From the NCBI RefSeq assembly GCF_006345805.1, contig NW_021833714.1, positions 1 through 64,000 on the forward strand: DNA of 64,000 nucleotides, in the 5' to 3' direction. Numbering within the stretch: position 1 is the stretch's first letter; every line of letters begins with the position of its first letter. Source of the stretch: Octopus sinensis. Taxonomy: Eukaryota. The translations under genes and the position numbers were made by a program. A model generated the notes under the pieces. That model had not been told where the DNA came from. It saw only the letters and a program-made list of their open reading frames with translations, and did no database searches. Below, one piece after another: positions 52,450-64,000 of this stretch.

Positions 52450-52805
52450 TGGTCCGGGTTCAGTCCCACTGCGTGGCATCTTGGGCAAGTGTCTTCTGCC
52501 ATAGCCCCGGGCCGTCCAAAGCCTTGTAAGTGGATTTGGTAGACGGAATCTGAAAGAAGCCCGTCATATATATGTATATATATATGCGTTTGTGTGTCTG
52601 TGTTTGTCCCCCTAGCATTGCTTTACAACCGATGCTGGTGTGTTTATGTCCCCGTTACTTAGCGGTTCAGCAAAAGAGACCGATAGCATAAGTACTGGGC
52701 TTACAAAAGAATAAGTCCCAGGGTCGAGTTGCTCGATTAAAGGCGGTGCTCCAGCATGGCCGCAGTCAATGACTGAAACGAGTAAAAAAGTGGTAAAAGA
52801 GTAAA
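52450..52805 (+). mobile_element. SINE family B (5'-truncated)
   Basis: Same body and tail as other family B copies. Confidence 0.85.
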
Positions 52806-53067
52806 GATATATAATATATATATACATACAATATATATATAATATATATATAATATATATTATATATATTATATATATACATACTGTTGTGTCTGAGGAG
52901 AGTCATTTTCTTTTTGTGCGTTAGAATATGTTTCAACACACGAACTCACATAAAGAATGTATCAAACCAAATCCCAAAACGAAACATATATAGATATATA
53001 TATATAAAATTAACAGAATGAGATAAAAATCTAAGGCTGTGGAAGATTTCAGAACATTTATAAAGAG

Positions 53068-53115
53068 GTCTTACAGCTGTTTCTGGGATATTTTATATAT
53101 CCCTTCATTGGAGAC
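53068..53115 (-). ncRNA. Hammerhead-like motif with altered core
   Basis: Minus strand: GTCT-CCAATGA-a GGGATA tataaaa TATCCC a-GAAAC-agct-GTA-AGAC. Stems I, II and III are intact and the loop III is palindromic, but the core is CCAATGA rather than CTGATGA. Confidence 0.55.
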
Positions 53116-53337
53116 GGTGTGAGAAAATGGTTAAGCAATAATTATTCTAGGGAAGATATGAAATAGAGAGTGAAGTGAAGGAATAAAGAAAACAGACGTG
53201 AGCCCCGAATAAGTGCTGCTTAAGGATGCTGAACGAAACACCCATTTCCACAGGTGAATTATCCAAACACCAAAGAATTCTTTTCAACCTTTGGGTCTTC
53301 TTGACACCATTACTTCTCATGACCTCAATTTATATAA

Positions 53338-53370
<33 letters not shown>

Positions 53371-53609
53371 AATGTATGTATGTATATATATGAACATACA
53401 TACATACGTACTGACGCATGCATATTTAAGAATGCATCCACATTCTATATATTTGTATGTTTGTGTGTTGCACATATATTGTTCATATTTATATATGTTT
53501 AGAGATATATAAATGCATCTATGTAAGTCTGGGAATCGAAATCATTACCTCAAGACAGTGAGACCGATGCTCTAACCACTGAGCCGTGTGTCTTCCCATC
53601 TCTTCCCCC

Positions 53610-53631
53610 TTTATGTATGTATATATGTATG

Positions 53632-53663
<32 letters not shown>

Positions 53664-54065
53664 CATGCATGTATGTATGTATGTATGTATGTATGTATGT
53701 ATGTATGTATGTATGCATGTATGTATGCATGTATGTATGTATATATGTATGTATGTATGTATATATGTATGTATGTATGTATGTATTATGTATGCATGTA
53801 TGTATGTATGCATGTATGTATGTATGTATGTATAATTGTATGTATGTATGTATGTATGTATGTAATATGTATGTATGTCATGTATGTATGTATGTATAAT
53901 TGTATGTAGTATGTATGTATGTTGTATGTTATCATGTATGTATGCATGTATGTATGCAGTATGTATGTATGTATGCTGCATGTATGCATGCATGTATGTA
54001 TGTATGTATGTATGTATGTATGTATGTATGTATGCATGCATGTATGTATGTTTGTATGTATGTTT
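53610..54065. repeat. (ATGT)n compound microsatellite
   Basis: Direct inspection. Confidence 0.95.
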
Positions 54066-54676
54066 GTATTCTTTTAGTTTGTTTTGGGCAAATGCCTCTG
54101 AGTACAAAATGGTCCCATGCGTTTTGTTGTCGACTGCCACCTGTTATTCCCATTTCCCAGAGTAATTCTATGGAATGGTTATACCTGCGGAACTCCTTAC
54201 AACTTAAGATTATTATTAGTAATAACGAATATCATTTCTGAATAGGAAATGTTTATATTATATTAATGCATTGCAACATACGTTTATGCATACCACATAT
54301 CCGTTTGTGAATACATTCTCACATCTAGAGAATATTATTAAATATCATTTATAATATCTATGAATCTCTCGAACATGTGATTGTCTACACGTATCTTTCA
54401 TAGGGCATGTATCTATGTATGTATGTATGTAATGTATGTATGTATGTATGCATGTATGCATGTATGTATGTATGTATGTATGTATGTATGTATGTATGTA
54501 TGCAAGTCTACATATATTTCTGATTGTATAAATACATATATATATATATGTGTGTGTGTGCGTGTGTGGATGTACGTATTAAGGAAAGATATATGAATAT
54601 TACAACTCTCATCTTTCAAAGAATAACAAGTCAATTGTTTTGAAAGGAAAATAGGGGTGGGGGAGAAAATTCACAG

Positions 54677-54780
54677 CAACAATGCTCTTCTCAATACGTG
54701 TGATGTAGCAGTTAAAACAGTCTTTTGTATTTCTTGCATGGATGGTAAGCCAGGGATCATCCTCAAATAATTATCAGTTC
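54677..54780 (-). mobile_element. Short 3'-ORF fragment of the same R4/Dong family as 55671-59633
   Basis: AATGCTCTTCTCAATACGTGTGATGTA...GGATGGTAAGCCAGGGATCA closely matches 55853-55950; abuts (AAT)n. Confidence 0.8.
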
Positions 54781-54848
54781 TTTATAATAATAATAATAAT
54801 AATATTATTAATTATTATTATTATTATTATTTATTATTATTATTATTA

Positions 54849-54885
<37 letters not shown>

Positions 54886-54995
54886 GTTGTTGTGTTGTTG
54901 TTATTTTTATTATCATCATCATTATTTTTTCTTATTATATTATTATTATTATCATCATCATTATTTTTATTATTATTATTATCATTATAATTACT

Positions 54996-55525
54996 GAGTG
55001 AGAGAGCAGTACATGCCATCAAAGTGACACTAGTTTACTCATCATGACTACCCGTCTGATAAGGGTACGCCAGGCACATGCATCATAACAATATGTGCGC
55101 GACATGGGAATCTCATATCAGGATTAACAGTGCATGACCTTGCAGGTGGGGCCCAGTTAGAATTTTCTTCAGGTCGAGGAGCCTATCTCGCTCAAAAAGG
55201 CTCTGAATAAGAGTTATTGAACGAAACACCCATTTTTCCAGGATTAAATTATCCAGACCCCAAAAGAACTCCTTTCAACACATTGCTATGATGCTCCCCC
55301 ACTACTTCTGCTCGTGGTCAGAGATGCACATATCGTCAGCCACTAAGGGACATGCTCAACTGGTTATGGTCAAACAACTGACAAGCAAATCTGTGGCATT
55401 AAGCAGAATATTTGCTGTAGCCCATCTTTTATACCAAGACAAAACAATGTACATGATAACACTTCCAATCAGTTAAGATCAGAAGCCACGAGAGCCACTG
55501 CCTGACACGGCATCAGTGCACTTGG
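54996..55525 (-). mobile_element. Family T (TAA)n-associated element, longest copy
   Basis: Reverse complement of 37500-37834 plus about 230 extra 5' bases; bounded by (ATT)n/(AGT)n on both sides. Confidence 0.8.
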
Positions 55526-55537
55526 TATTATTATTAT

Positions 55538-55596
<59 letters not shown>

Positions 55597-55670
55597 ATAT
55601 TATTATTGAGTGAGAGACCAGTGCATGCCATCAAAGTAACACTGGGGTAATTATTATTATTATTATTATT

Positions 55671-58600
55671 ACTTTTTTTTTTCTTCTTTCAAATTTGCTT
55701 CCATTTCTTGCCGAGTGTCTTCCCGACTCCTAGGGCAAAGAAACTTATAGCATACATTGGTAGGCCATTAAACCAAACTCAGTATTTCGTTCATTTTTTT
55801 TTTTTTTTTAAGTTAAATTAAAATACATGAGCAGCAACAGTTCTCACATCGACAATGCTCTTCTCAATACGTGTGATGTACCAGTTAAGACAATCTTTTG
55901 CACTTCTTGCAGGGATGGTAAGCCAGGGATCATTCTCATATAATTTTCGGTTCCCTTCTTGATCATTCCTAGTGCTCCTACGATCACTGGTATTGTAACC
56001 GCCTTGAGATGCCACATTTTCTCAATTTCAATGAGTAGGTCTTTATATTTTCTGAGCTTGTCAAACTCTTTCGCTGAGATATTATGATCACAGGGGATGC
56101 TCATGTCGATCAATAAGCAAACTTTATTGTTTTGGTCTTTCACAACAATATCTGGTTTATTGGCCTTGATGGTTCGGTCTGTATGTACTGGAAAGTCCCA
56201 CAGAATGGTTACATTTTCTCCTTCAGTTACAGCCTCAGGGTGGTGATTATACCACTTGTCGGCAGTTTTGATATTGTAATGCCGACTTATTAGCCAGTGG
56301 AGATATTGGCCAACTCTGTCATGTCTTAATTTATACTCCACTGGTGCTAAGACTTTACATCCAGAGATTAGGTGGTCCACTGTTTCAATCATGTCGTTGC
56401 AGAATCGGCATTTTGGGTCTGCTCCATTTTTCATCACATTGGCCTGGTAGTTCCGGGTTAATAGGCTTTGATCTTGAGCAGCCAGGATGAAACCTTCGCT
56501 CTCTGCTTTTAGCCCTGAGCTCCGTAGCCACTGATGGGTTTGCTTCTGGTCAACATCAGCTTGTTTGCTGCGGGTCACATATTTGCCGTGCAGAGGTTTC
56601 TCCTCCCACCTATCAGCCAATTGCTCGTGCGCTTTTTTCATTGCCATCATTTTCACCTTCTTTGCAACAATAGTTGCCGTACTTCCCTCGGGTTGTTCAG
56701 TTTGGGTATCCTGCACGAGATCAATAGCAAATTTTTGCTTTCCTTATGATAGAATGAAGCTTCTTTCGTCTCTCGTGATTTTCCACGAGCTTTAGCATCC
56801 AGTCATTCGATATTTCGAGATATTTGGCCAGTCCAATTGTGGTTGTTTTGTAAGCTAGTTCAAATTGGATCAGGCCTCGACCTCTTGGGCTCTGGGAAGG
56901 TAAAGGCGATCTACGTCTGCCTTTGGGTGGTGCATCCTATTACAACTCAGCAGCTTGCGTATTTTCTATCTATATTCTTTACTTCACTCATATTCCAGTT
57001 CAACACATTGTAGCTATAAGTAACAACTGGAACTGCTAAGGAATTTATAGCTAACACCTTGTTACGTGCATTTAGTTCAGATTTCAGGACTGCACGAACT
57101 CTCCTATAACATTCCTTCCTGATTTCTCTTTCATGCTTGCATGCTGAATACCAGAGCCTTCATTTATCCCTAAATATTTGTATGTTTGTTCTTGCTCAAG
57201 CTCTCTTATGACTGTGTCAACATCTAACACGACTGAATTTGTGGTCTTCACTTTCCCTTTCTGGAAAGTGGCCTTGGCACACTTCTCAAGTCCAAACTCC
57301 ATCCCGATGTCATCGCTGAATGCTTTCACGGTGCGCAATAGGCCTTCAAGTTCATTATTGTCTTTACCATAAAGTTTTAAGTCATCCATATAAAATAGAT
57401 GGCTTATTTTTTTATTGGCAATTTTATACCCATACCCTGTTCTGTTTAATTCACTTGTAAGGGGTATTAGGGCTATGCAGAATATTAAGGTGAAAGTGAG
57501 TCACCTTGAAAAATTCCACAGTTGATGTTTATATTTTCTGAGGCAAGTACTCCATTAGAGTGGTATAATTGGAGATTCGTATTCCACAACGACATATTGT
57601 GCTTCAGGAAGTTTGAAATCACAGGGGAAATTTTGAAGATGTCCAGCGATCTCAAGATCCATGGATGCGGTATACTGTCGAAGGCCTTTTTGTAGTCAAT
57701 CCATGCGGTGCTGAGATTTCTGCGCTTGTTGTGACAGTTCTCAAGGATCATACGATTGATTAGCAGTTGATCTTTGCATCCGTAAGAGCCTCGGCGGCAC
57801 CCTTTTTGTTCAATGGGGAAAATATCGTTCTTCTCCATGAATGCATATGTTTTCTCCGCCAGGATAGATGTTAGGATTTTATACGTGGTGGATAGACAGG
57901 TTATAGGCCGATAGTTTTTTGGAAGGTTGGTTTCGTTATTCTTTGGGAGTAGGTAAGTAATGCCACTTGCTAACCATTCAGGTGTTTTCTTTGGTCTCTC
58001 ATAATTCCATTGAGCAGCTGAACTAGCTTACCGTGTGCGCATGGGAGCGATGCGAGCCAGAAATTCGGCACCCTATCTTTACCGGGGGATTTCCAATTAT
58101 GGGCCTTCGTGAGTGCCTTTCTTAGGTCTGCTATTGTGATGTCTTCCCATGCTTGTTGTTGTAAATTTTGGTAGGATCCTTCAGTTTGTATAATCCAGTC
58201 TGCATTTATGTTGTACGTCTTCTTGTCACTCCAAATCCTTTTCCAAAAGTTTTGAACTTCTTCCATGGGAGGGGGGTCTTTAACGGTTACTTTCTCCTTC
58301 CCTATTTCTCTGTAGAATTTTTTGGCATTGGATGTGAACAGCTTATTTTGCTTGTAAAACTTGTTTCTCTTCTCAAATCTTCGTATTCTTTGGGCTTTTG
58401 CTTGGACTTTTTGTTTCAGCGTTTCTTTTATTGATATCAGTTCTTCTCTTGGTGAGGATCCAAATTTTCTCTTCATCTTTCTTCCTGTTCTGGATCTTAC
58501 ATCATTTCCACATATTAGTTCATTTAATATTGATATTTCCCCTCTCATAAATTCAATCTCTTTTTCAATTTTACTTCTCCAGGTTTGATTTCTTCCCAGG

Positions 58601-59633
58601 TTTTGTTTTCTTTGTTTTTTCGGGGGCATACAGCTGGTTTCAATTGCCCTAGCAGAAGCGTAAATAATTTCATTTAACTCAGTAAAATCAGGTTTTAATT
58701 CTCGTATTATTTCATTTGTTACATAGTTGCCAATTTGGATTTGTTTTTTATTTTGGTTTGTATTTGAGAGTTTATGAAGTGGTTCTCTATCATTCATACT
58801 TGTATGTCTTACAACTTCAAGCGTATTCAGGATTTTCTGCCTCATTTCTGCCATAGACTCTCTGTGTTCTTCAGCAAATGCGAGATCTTCAGTTACTGTT
58901 GTTTTTTCGTTTTCCTGGCTATCTTTAACAGGTACAATAGAATTTCTTGTATCTTCAGGCCTTGCGTACTTTGGTCAGATGGCAGTCTTTCAATTAAGCC
59001 TCGTGGCGGGCTATACTGTTCATCTGATTCTTCATTTCCTTTGTGTCTTATATTTATGTCATTTTCCGTTGCGTGCTTGATCGCGCTTATTTCACTGTCT
59101 GTGAGTCTGTTATTTCTAAGGATATCCCTCCTCACATTTGCTAATTTGTTCTCGTCCAAATAGGGCCTACTGTCTTGATTCCGTGTTCTCCATATACTGT
59201 AAGAGTTTGCGGTGTGTCTCTCTTGAGATGGCCTACCTAATGCATAGTAATAAGCGTATATTACTTCTTTATACTCTTCTCGGGTCCATTTGTTCCGCTT
59301 ACATTTTTCTTTCTGTGGTGGTTGTGGTGTGAACTTGGAGGGCTCGAGTTGGGGGATTTCCCGTTCAAGTGACCATCCATGTCCGTATTCGGAGAAGAGT
59401 TTGTGCCAGTTGATGACTTTTCGATCCCAGGCTGGCTCTTCCCTGGGGGACGCGCTTCCAGATTAACCATAGGACAAGCGATTTGGTATACTGATTTAGT
59501 TTTCCTTTTAGTTTCCAAAAACATTTTGGTGCTACGATAATGTTATCATTTTTTAGCTTTGATTGGCTCGTGGGGAGACGGCCATCATTGCCGTTACAAT
59601 TATAATCGTACCATTATAGCAGCCGTAGTCGGC
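55671..59633 (-). mobile_element. Near full-length R4/Dong-clade non-LTR retrotransposon
   Basis: Single long ORF broken by about 6 frameshifts; 3' end runs into (TAA)n and 5' end abuts (AAT/GAT)n. Confidence 0.95.
55844..59482 (-). pseudogene. R4/Dong ORF: Myb-like domain, reverse transcriptase, zinc knuckle, restriction-like endonuclease (frameshifted)
   Basis: KWTREEY..VIYAYY...DENKLANVRR; KSPGKD..PNFW; YRPITCL; EQKGCRRGSYGCKDQL; WIDYKKAFDS; GIFQGDSLSP; YMDDLKL; YKYLG; CRFC..ETVDHLISGC; RHD; KPDIV..LIDMSIP..K..KY. Confidence 0.93.
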
Positions 59634-59993
59634 TTATTATTGTTATTATCATCACCATTACCATCACTATCATCATTATCACCACCATTACCATCATCAT
59701 TATCATCATCACCATCACCATCACCATCACCACCATCATCATCAATGATATTGTTTTATGTGTAGTCACAGCAGTATCTTATTATTGTTATTTTTGTTTT
59801 TTATCCTTATCACCATCACAGTGGTGTCTGTCTGTCTCGTTGGCTGGCTTGATGGTTGGCTGGCTGACTGTCTTCAACACCAGAGTTCTTGCCTGTCAAA
59901 TAATACTTTCTTTGTGTTTGTTGAACTCTTTGAGTGTGTGTGTGTGTGTGTAGATAGATAGATAGATTATCAGCACTATTACTATCATTATTA

Positions 59994-60045
<52 letters not shown>

Positions 60046-60092
60046 GACGATGATGGTGAAGATGATGATGATGATCATCATCATTATTATTT

Positions 60093-60480
60093 CCATTTCA
60101 TTTCTCAGAAATCTCGATTTCACTTGCTCTGGTTAATTCTGTAAGAGCGGACAACAACCTGGATCTCACGGGCTCTCTACCCACAGTACTTGACGTCCAA
60201 GCTCTGATTTCAGAATCCTCGATGACTCCAATAGAACAATTTTCTGAGCACGTTTCGCTACCATGTCAACCCTAATTTCCCCAACAAATTTCTCAAATCC
60301 GGTTGTTAATGTTCCCAATGCTCCACCAAACTACCGGGATCACAGTTATTTTCTTCATTGCCCTCATTCGTGCAATGTTATTTTTTAGTGGCTTGCACTT
60401 TCAAAATGAATTGTAAAATCCCACGAGAATTTTTTTAACTCATTATCCTCGGTGACGCTTTTTGGATTGCCCTCTTATCA
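60093..60480 (-). mobile_element. Decayed 3' fragment of another R4/Dong element
   Basis: Minus-strand remnants SVTEDNE..SWDFTIH, AMKKITVIPVV, ALGTLTTGFEKF, AQKIVLLESSRIL; 3' end continues into (AAT/GAT)n. Confidence 0.7.
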
Positions 60481-61347
60481 TTTCAATGTCCTTTCAAGAC
60501 CGTTCTTCTCACACAATCGCCAATGGATATACTTAGCTATGTTCCCATGACTCCTCCACCTTCTCCTCCTCCACCTCCTCCTCCAACTCCTCCTCCTCCT
60601 CCTCCACCTCTCCTCGTTATTATTATTGCTGTTTTGGTTCTTCTTATTATTATTGTTATTGTCATCTATGTATTAATACACTGCGGGCGAATTGCCTTTC
60701 GCTGTCACAGGTGAAGGAAGAGGCAAAGAACGAGAGAGAAGTGTTAACGACGTGAGGTTGGGGGGAAGTAATAGTTATCATGCTAAGAAGCTGTCATGTG
60801 ATTAATTCAAGGGGAAAATGAACCGACAGAGAGGGGGAGGGAGAGAGTGAGTGAGTGTGAGAAAGAGAGAGAGAGAGAGAGATAGATAGAATGTTAGCAC
60901 TGAGAGACAAGAGAAATGGTATTGCTCTTGCGTTAGTGTGGTTAGTTGAGGAAAGCGATAAAAAGCAGAGAGAGATATTAGCATGTTAAGTTCTGAAGGC
61001 ATGTGGTTTAGTTAAAACGAGATGCAAAGAGAAAGAGAGGGAGAAAGCGAGTGAGTGTTGCTTGAATGAATGTGGGAGTGAAAAGTAGTTTCATGATTTT
61101 AAACGTCGTAATAGAATATTGTGACAGACACTAAAAATAAAACTATAATTGTTACAGGTTTTAATGTTCAATCGTTTCTATGTCTTCAATTTGTCGATGT
61201 ATCTATGTGGATTCGTAGATTTAGTGACGGAGAGAAGACAGGAAGAAGGATGGCTAGATATATCGATACAGTTCAATCGAAGTGAAGTAACCTTAGCAAA
61301 TACCTGTGGATGTTATTTTTACCCTTATTACCTTCTTATGTCCGCAG

Positions 61348-61398
61348 CCAGAAAGCTGAGGCTATACTGGAGCACTGCAGTTATTTCGGTTCTTTTGG
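61348..61398 (+). CDS. Candidate 51-nt internal exon of an unidentified host gene
   Basis: Pyrimidine tract TTACCTTCTTATGTCCGCAG acceptor and G|GTGAGT donor; length divisible by 3; two open phases, e.g. QKAEAILEHCSYFGSF. Confidence 0.4.
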
Positions 61399-61429
61399 GT
61401 GAGTGGATTTTTTTTGTTTAAATGTGTAA

Positions 61430-61489
<60 letters not shown>

Positions 61490-61524
61490 GGAGGAGGGAG
61501 GGAGGGAGGGGGAGGGGAGAGGGA

Positions 61525-61562
<38 letters not shown>

Positions 61563-61575
61563 CTGACTGACTGAC

Positions 61576-61610
<35 letters not shown>

Positions 61611-61749
61611 CTGACTGATTGATTGATTGATTGATTGATTGATGATTGATTGATTGATTGATTGCTCCTTGTGTGGATTTTTTACATCTCAGAATCAAGT
61701 GCTTAACAAAGACTGTACAATTTCATCGTACAATTTTCTAAATAACTGC

Positions 61750-62196
61750 AGAATTTCCGTGGTGATATGATGTCCTTACGTTCTGAGTTCAAATTTTACC
61801 AAGGTCGATTTTGCCTTTCATCCTTTCAGGGTCGATAAATTAAGTACCATTGGAGTACTGGGATTGATGTAATCGACTTACCCATTCCCATAACATTTCT
61901 GGCATTGTGCCTTTAGTAGAAAGGATTATTATCATCATCATCAACATCATTATTATTACTATTATTATTATCATCATCATCATCATCATCATCATCATTA
62001 TTATGATTATTATTATTATTATGATTATTATTATTATTGTTATTATTATTTTTATTATCATCATCATCATCATCATCATCATCATTATTATTATTATTAT
62101 GATTATTATTATTTTTATTATTATCATCATCATCATTATTATTATTATTATTATTATATTATTATTATTATTATTATTATTATATTATTATTATTA

Positions 62197-62233
<37 letters not shown>

Positions 62234-62250
62234 CATTATTATTATTATTA

Positions 62251-62296
<46 letters not shown>

Positions 62297-62495
62297 GACA
62301 GCGAGCTGGCAGAATCCTTAGCACGTTGGGCGAAATGCTTAGTGGTATTTCTGAATTCAAATCCTACCGAGGCTGACTTTGCCTTTCATCTTTTCAGGGC
62401 CGATTAATTAAATACCAGTTGAACACTGGGGTCGATGTGATCGACACATCTCCTCCCACAAAATGGCTGCCTTTGTGGCAAGATTTAAAACCATT
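61750..62495 (+). mobile_element. Two SINE A (A2 tail) copies separated by an (ATT/ATC)n tract
   Basis: Cores at about 61800 and 62370. Confidence 0.8.
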
Positions 62496-63551
62496 ATTAT
62501 TGTTGTTGTTGTTGTTGTTAAGACGGTAAGCGGGCGGAATCGTTGGCATGCCGGACAAGATGCAGTTTCACATTGTGAATCAGGTGACATCTGTAGATTC
62601 TCAATGTGCCTGAAGCAGAAACAGATGTTAGACATGTGTTAGCATATGTGCGTGGATGTGTATTGTGTGTTGTGTGCATGTGTGTGTATATTTGTGTGTG
62701 TGTGTGTGTGCGCGCGCGCATGTGTGTGTGTTTGTGTGTGTGTGTGCGTGTGTGCGTGTGTGTGTGTTTGTGTGTGTTTGTGTATGTGCGTGTTTTTATG
62801 TGTGTGCGTGTTTGTGTGTATGTGTGTGTGTGTGTGTTGGATGGGTACGTGCCTATGTGTATGCGTGCACGCATGGGTGTGTTTGTGTGTGTGTTTGTTT
62901 GTGTGTTTGTATGCGTGTGTGTGTGTTTGTATGTGCGCGCGCGTGTGTGTGTGTTTGTGTGTGTATATGTGCGTGTGTGTGTGCTTTGTGTGCGTGCGTG
63001 TTTGTGCGTGCTTGCGTGTGTGTGTGTTTGCCCGCCATTAACACCACTGCTTGACCACTGGTGTTGTTTTTATACTTTTTACATCTTAGTATTTCAGCAA
63101 AACGAAATCAAATAGAATAAGAACCAATTTTTTAAAAAATCAATCCTGGGATCGATTTCTTCGACGGAACCCTTTAAGGCACAGCCCCAGCATGGCCACT
63201 CTCCAGTGACTGAAACAAGTGGAAAGATAAAAGGATATTTATGAGATGTAGGTGTTTATTTCGCTGTTCTATAAATTATTTTGTAATCACCTGATATGAA
63301 GAGACACAGAGTAGTGACTCTTTTATTTCACATATAAGATTACAAGTGTTTAATTACAATGAATGTCAGGTATGATGTTTTAAAGAGAGTAATCATACCT
63401 CTTGGGAAGTGTGTACCGCAGTTAAATTATTGAATAGTGTCATTTATTACTTCATTAGATTCATTTCTATTATAAGCACAAGGGGGAGGGGTAGTCGATC
63501 AGATCGACCCCAGTGCCAAACTGTTACTTAATTTATTGACAGATTGAAAGG

Positions 63552-64000
63552 CAGGATGAAAGGCAATTTATCGACAGGATAAAAGGCAATTTATCGACAG
63601 GTTGAAAGGCAATTTATTAGCAGGATAAAAGGCAATTTACCGTCAGGATGAAAGGCAATTTATCGACAGGATGAAAGCCTATTTATGGACAGGATTAAAG
63701 GCAATTTATCGACAAGATGAAAGGTAATTTATCGACAGGATAAAAGGCAATTTATCGACAGGATGAAAGGCAATTTATCGACAAGATGAAAGGCAATTTA
63801 TTATCAGGATAAAAGGCAATTTATCGACAAGATGAAAGGCAATTTATCGACAGGACGAAAGGCAATTTATCATCAGGATAAAAGGCAATTTATCGACAAG
63901 ATGAAAGGGAATTTATCGACAGGATTAAAGGGAATTTATCGACAGGATTAAAGGCAATTTATCGACACGATGAAAGGTAATTTATCGACAGGATAAAAGG
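63552..64000. repeat. 23-bp minisatellite derived from the SINE-A core
   Basis: Unit CAGGATGAAAGGCAATTTATCGA, about 19.5 copies, running off the window end. Confidence 0.92.

Noticed and set aside
63552-64000. CRISPR-like appearance of a short repeat array
   Set aside because: No unique spacers; a pure tandem repeat in eukaryotic DNA with no cas genes.

Overview
Eukaryotic, AT-rich, extremely microsatellite-dense genomic DNA. The SINE families, repeat style and R4/Dong LINEs point to a cephalopod, most likely Octopus (inference). No complete host gene is visible and nearly all ORFs in the track are translated microsatellites. Real coding content is transposon-derived: a near-complete R4/Dong non-LTR retrotransposon (55671-59633, minus), a decayed R4/Dong copy (34183-37342) and two short 3' fragments, all sitting in (TAA)n tracts; a decayed Ginger1/GIN-type integrase DNA transposon with inverted ends (21536-23768); CR1/L2-type, L1/Tx1-ORF1-like and RTE-like relics; four tRNA-derived SINE families; a mariner-type MITE; and a non-autonomous Helitron-like element. 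The most striking unexplained signal is a set of mutually unrelated short repeats, mostly in or next to (TA)n or other microsatellite tracts, each carrying a minimal type-I hammerhead ribozyme fold. The clearest are 44532-44586 (+), 10121-10174 and 10596-10649 (-, 475-nt tandem period) and 1679-1719 (-, 340-nt period), with several variant or decayed ones. This looks like a Penelope-like/retrozyme system that could make small self-cleaved, possibly circular RNAs. Weak candidates for host exons and promoters are listed at low confidence. All structures were read by eye; no alignments, folding programs or database searches were run.
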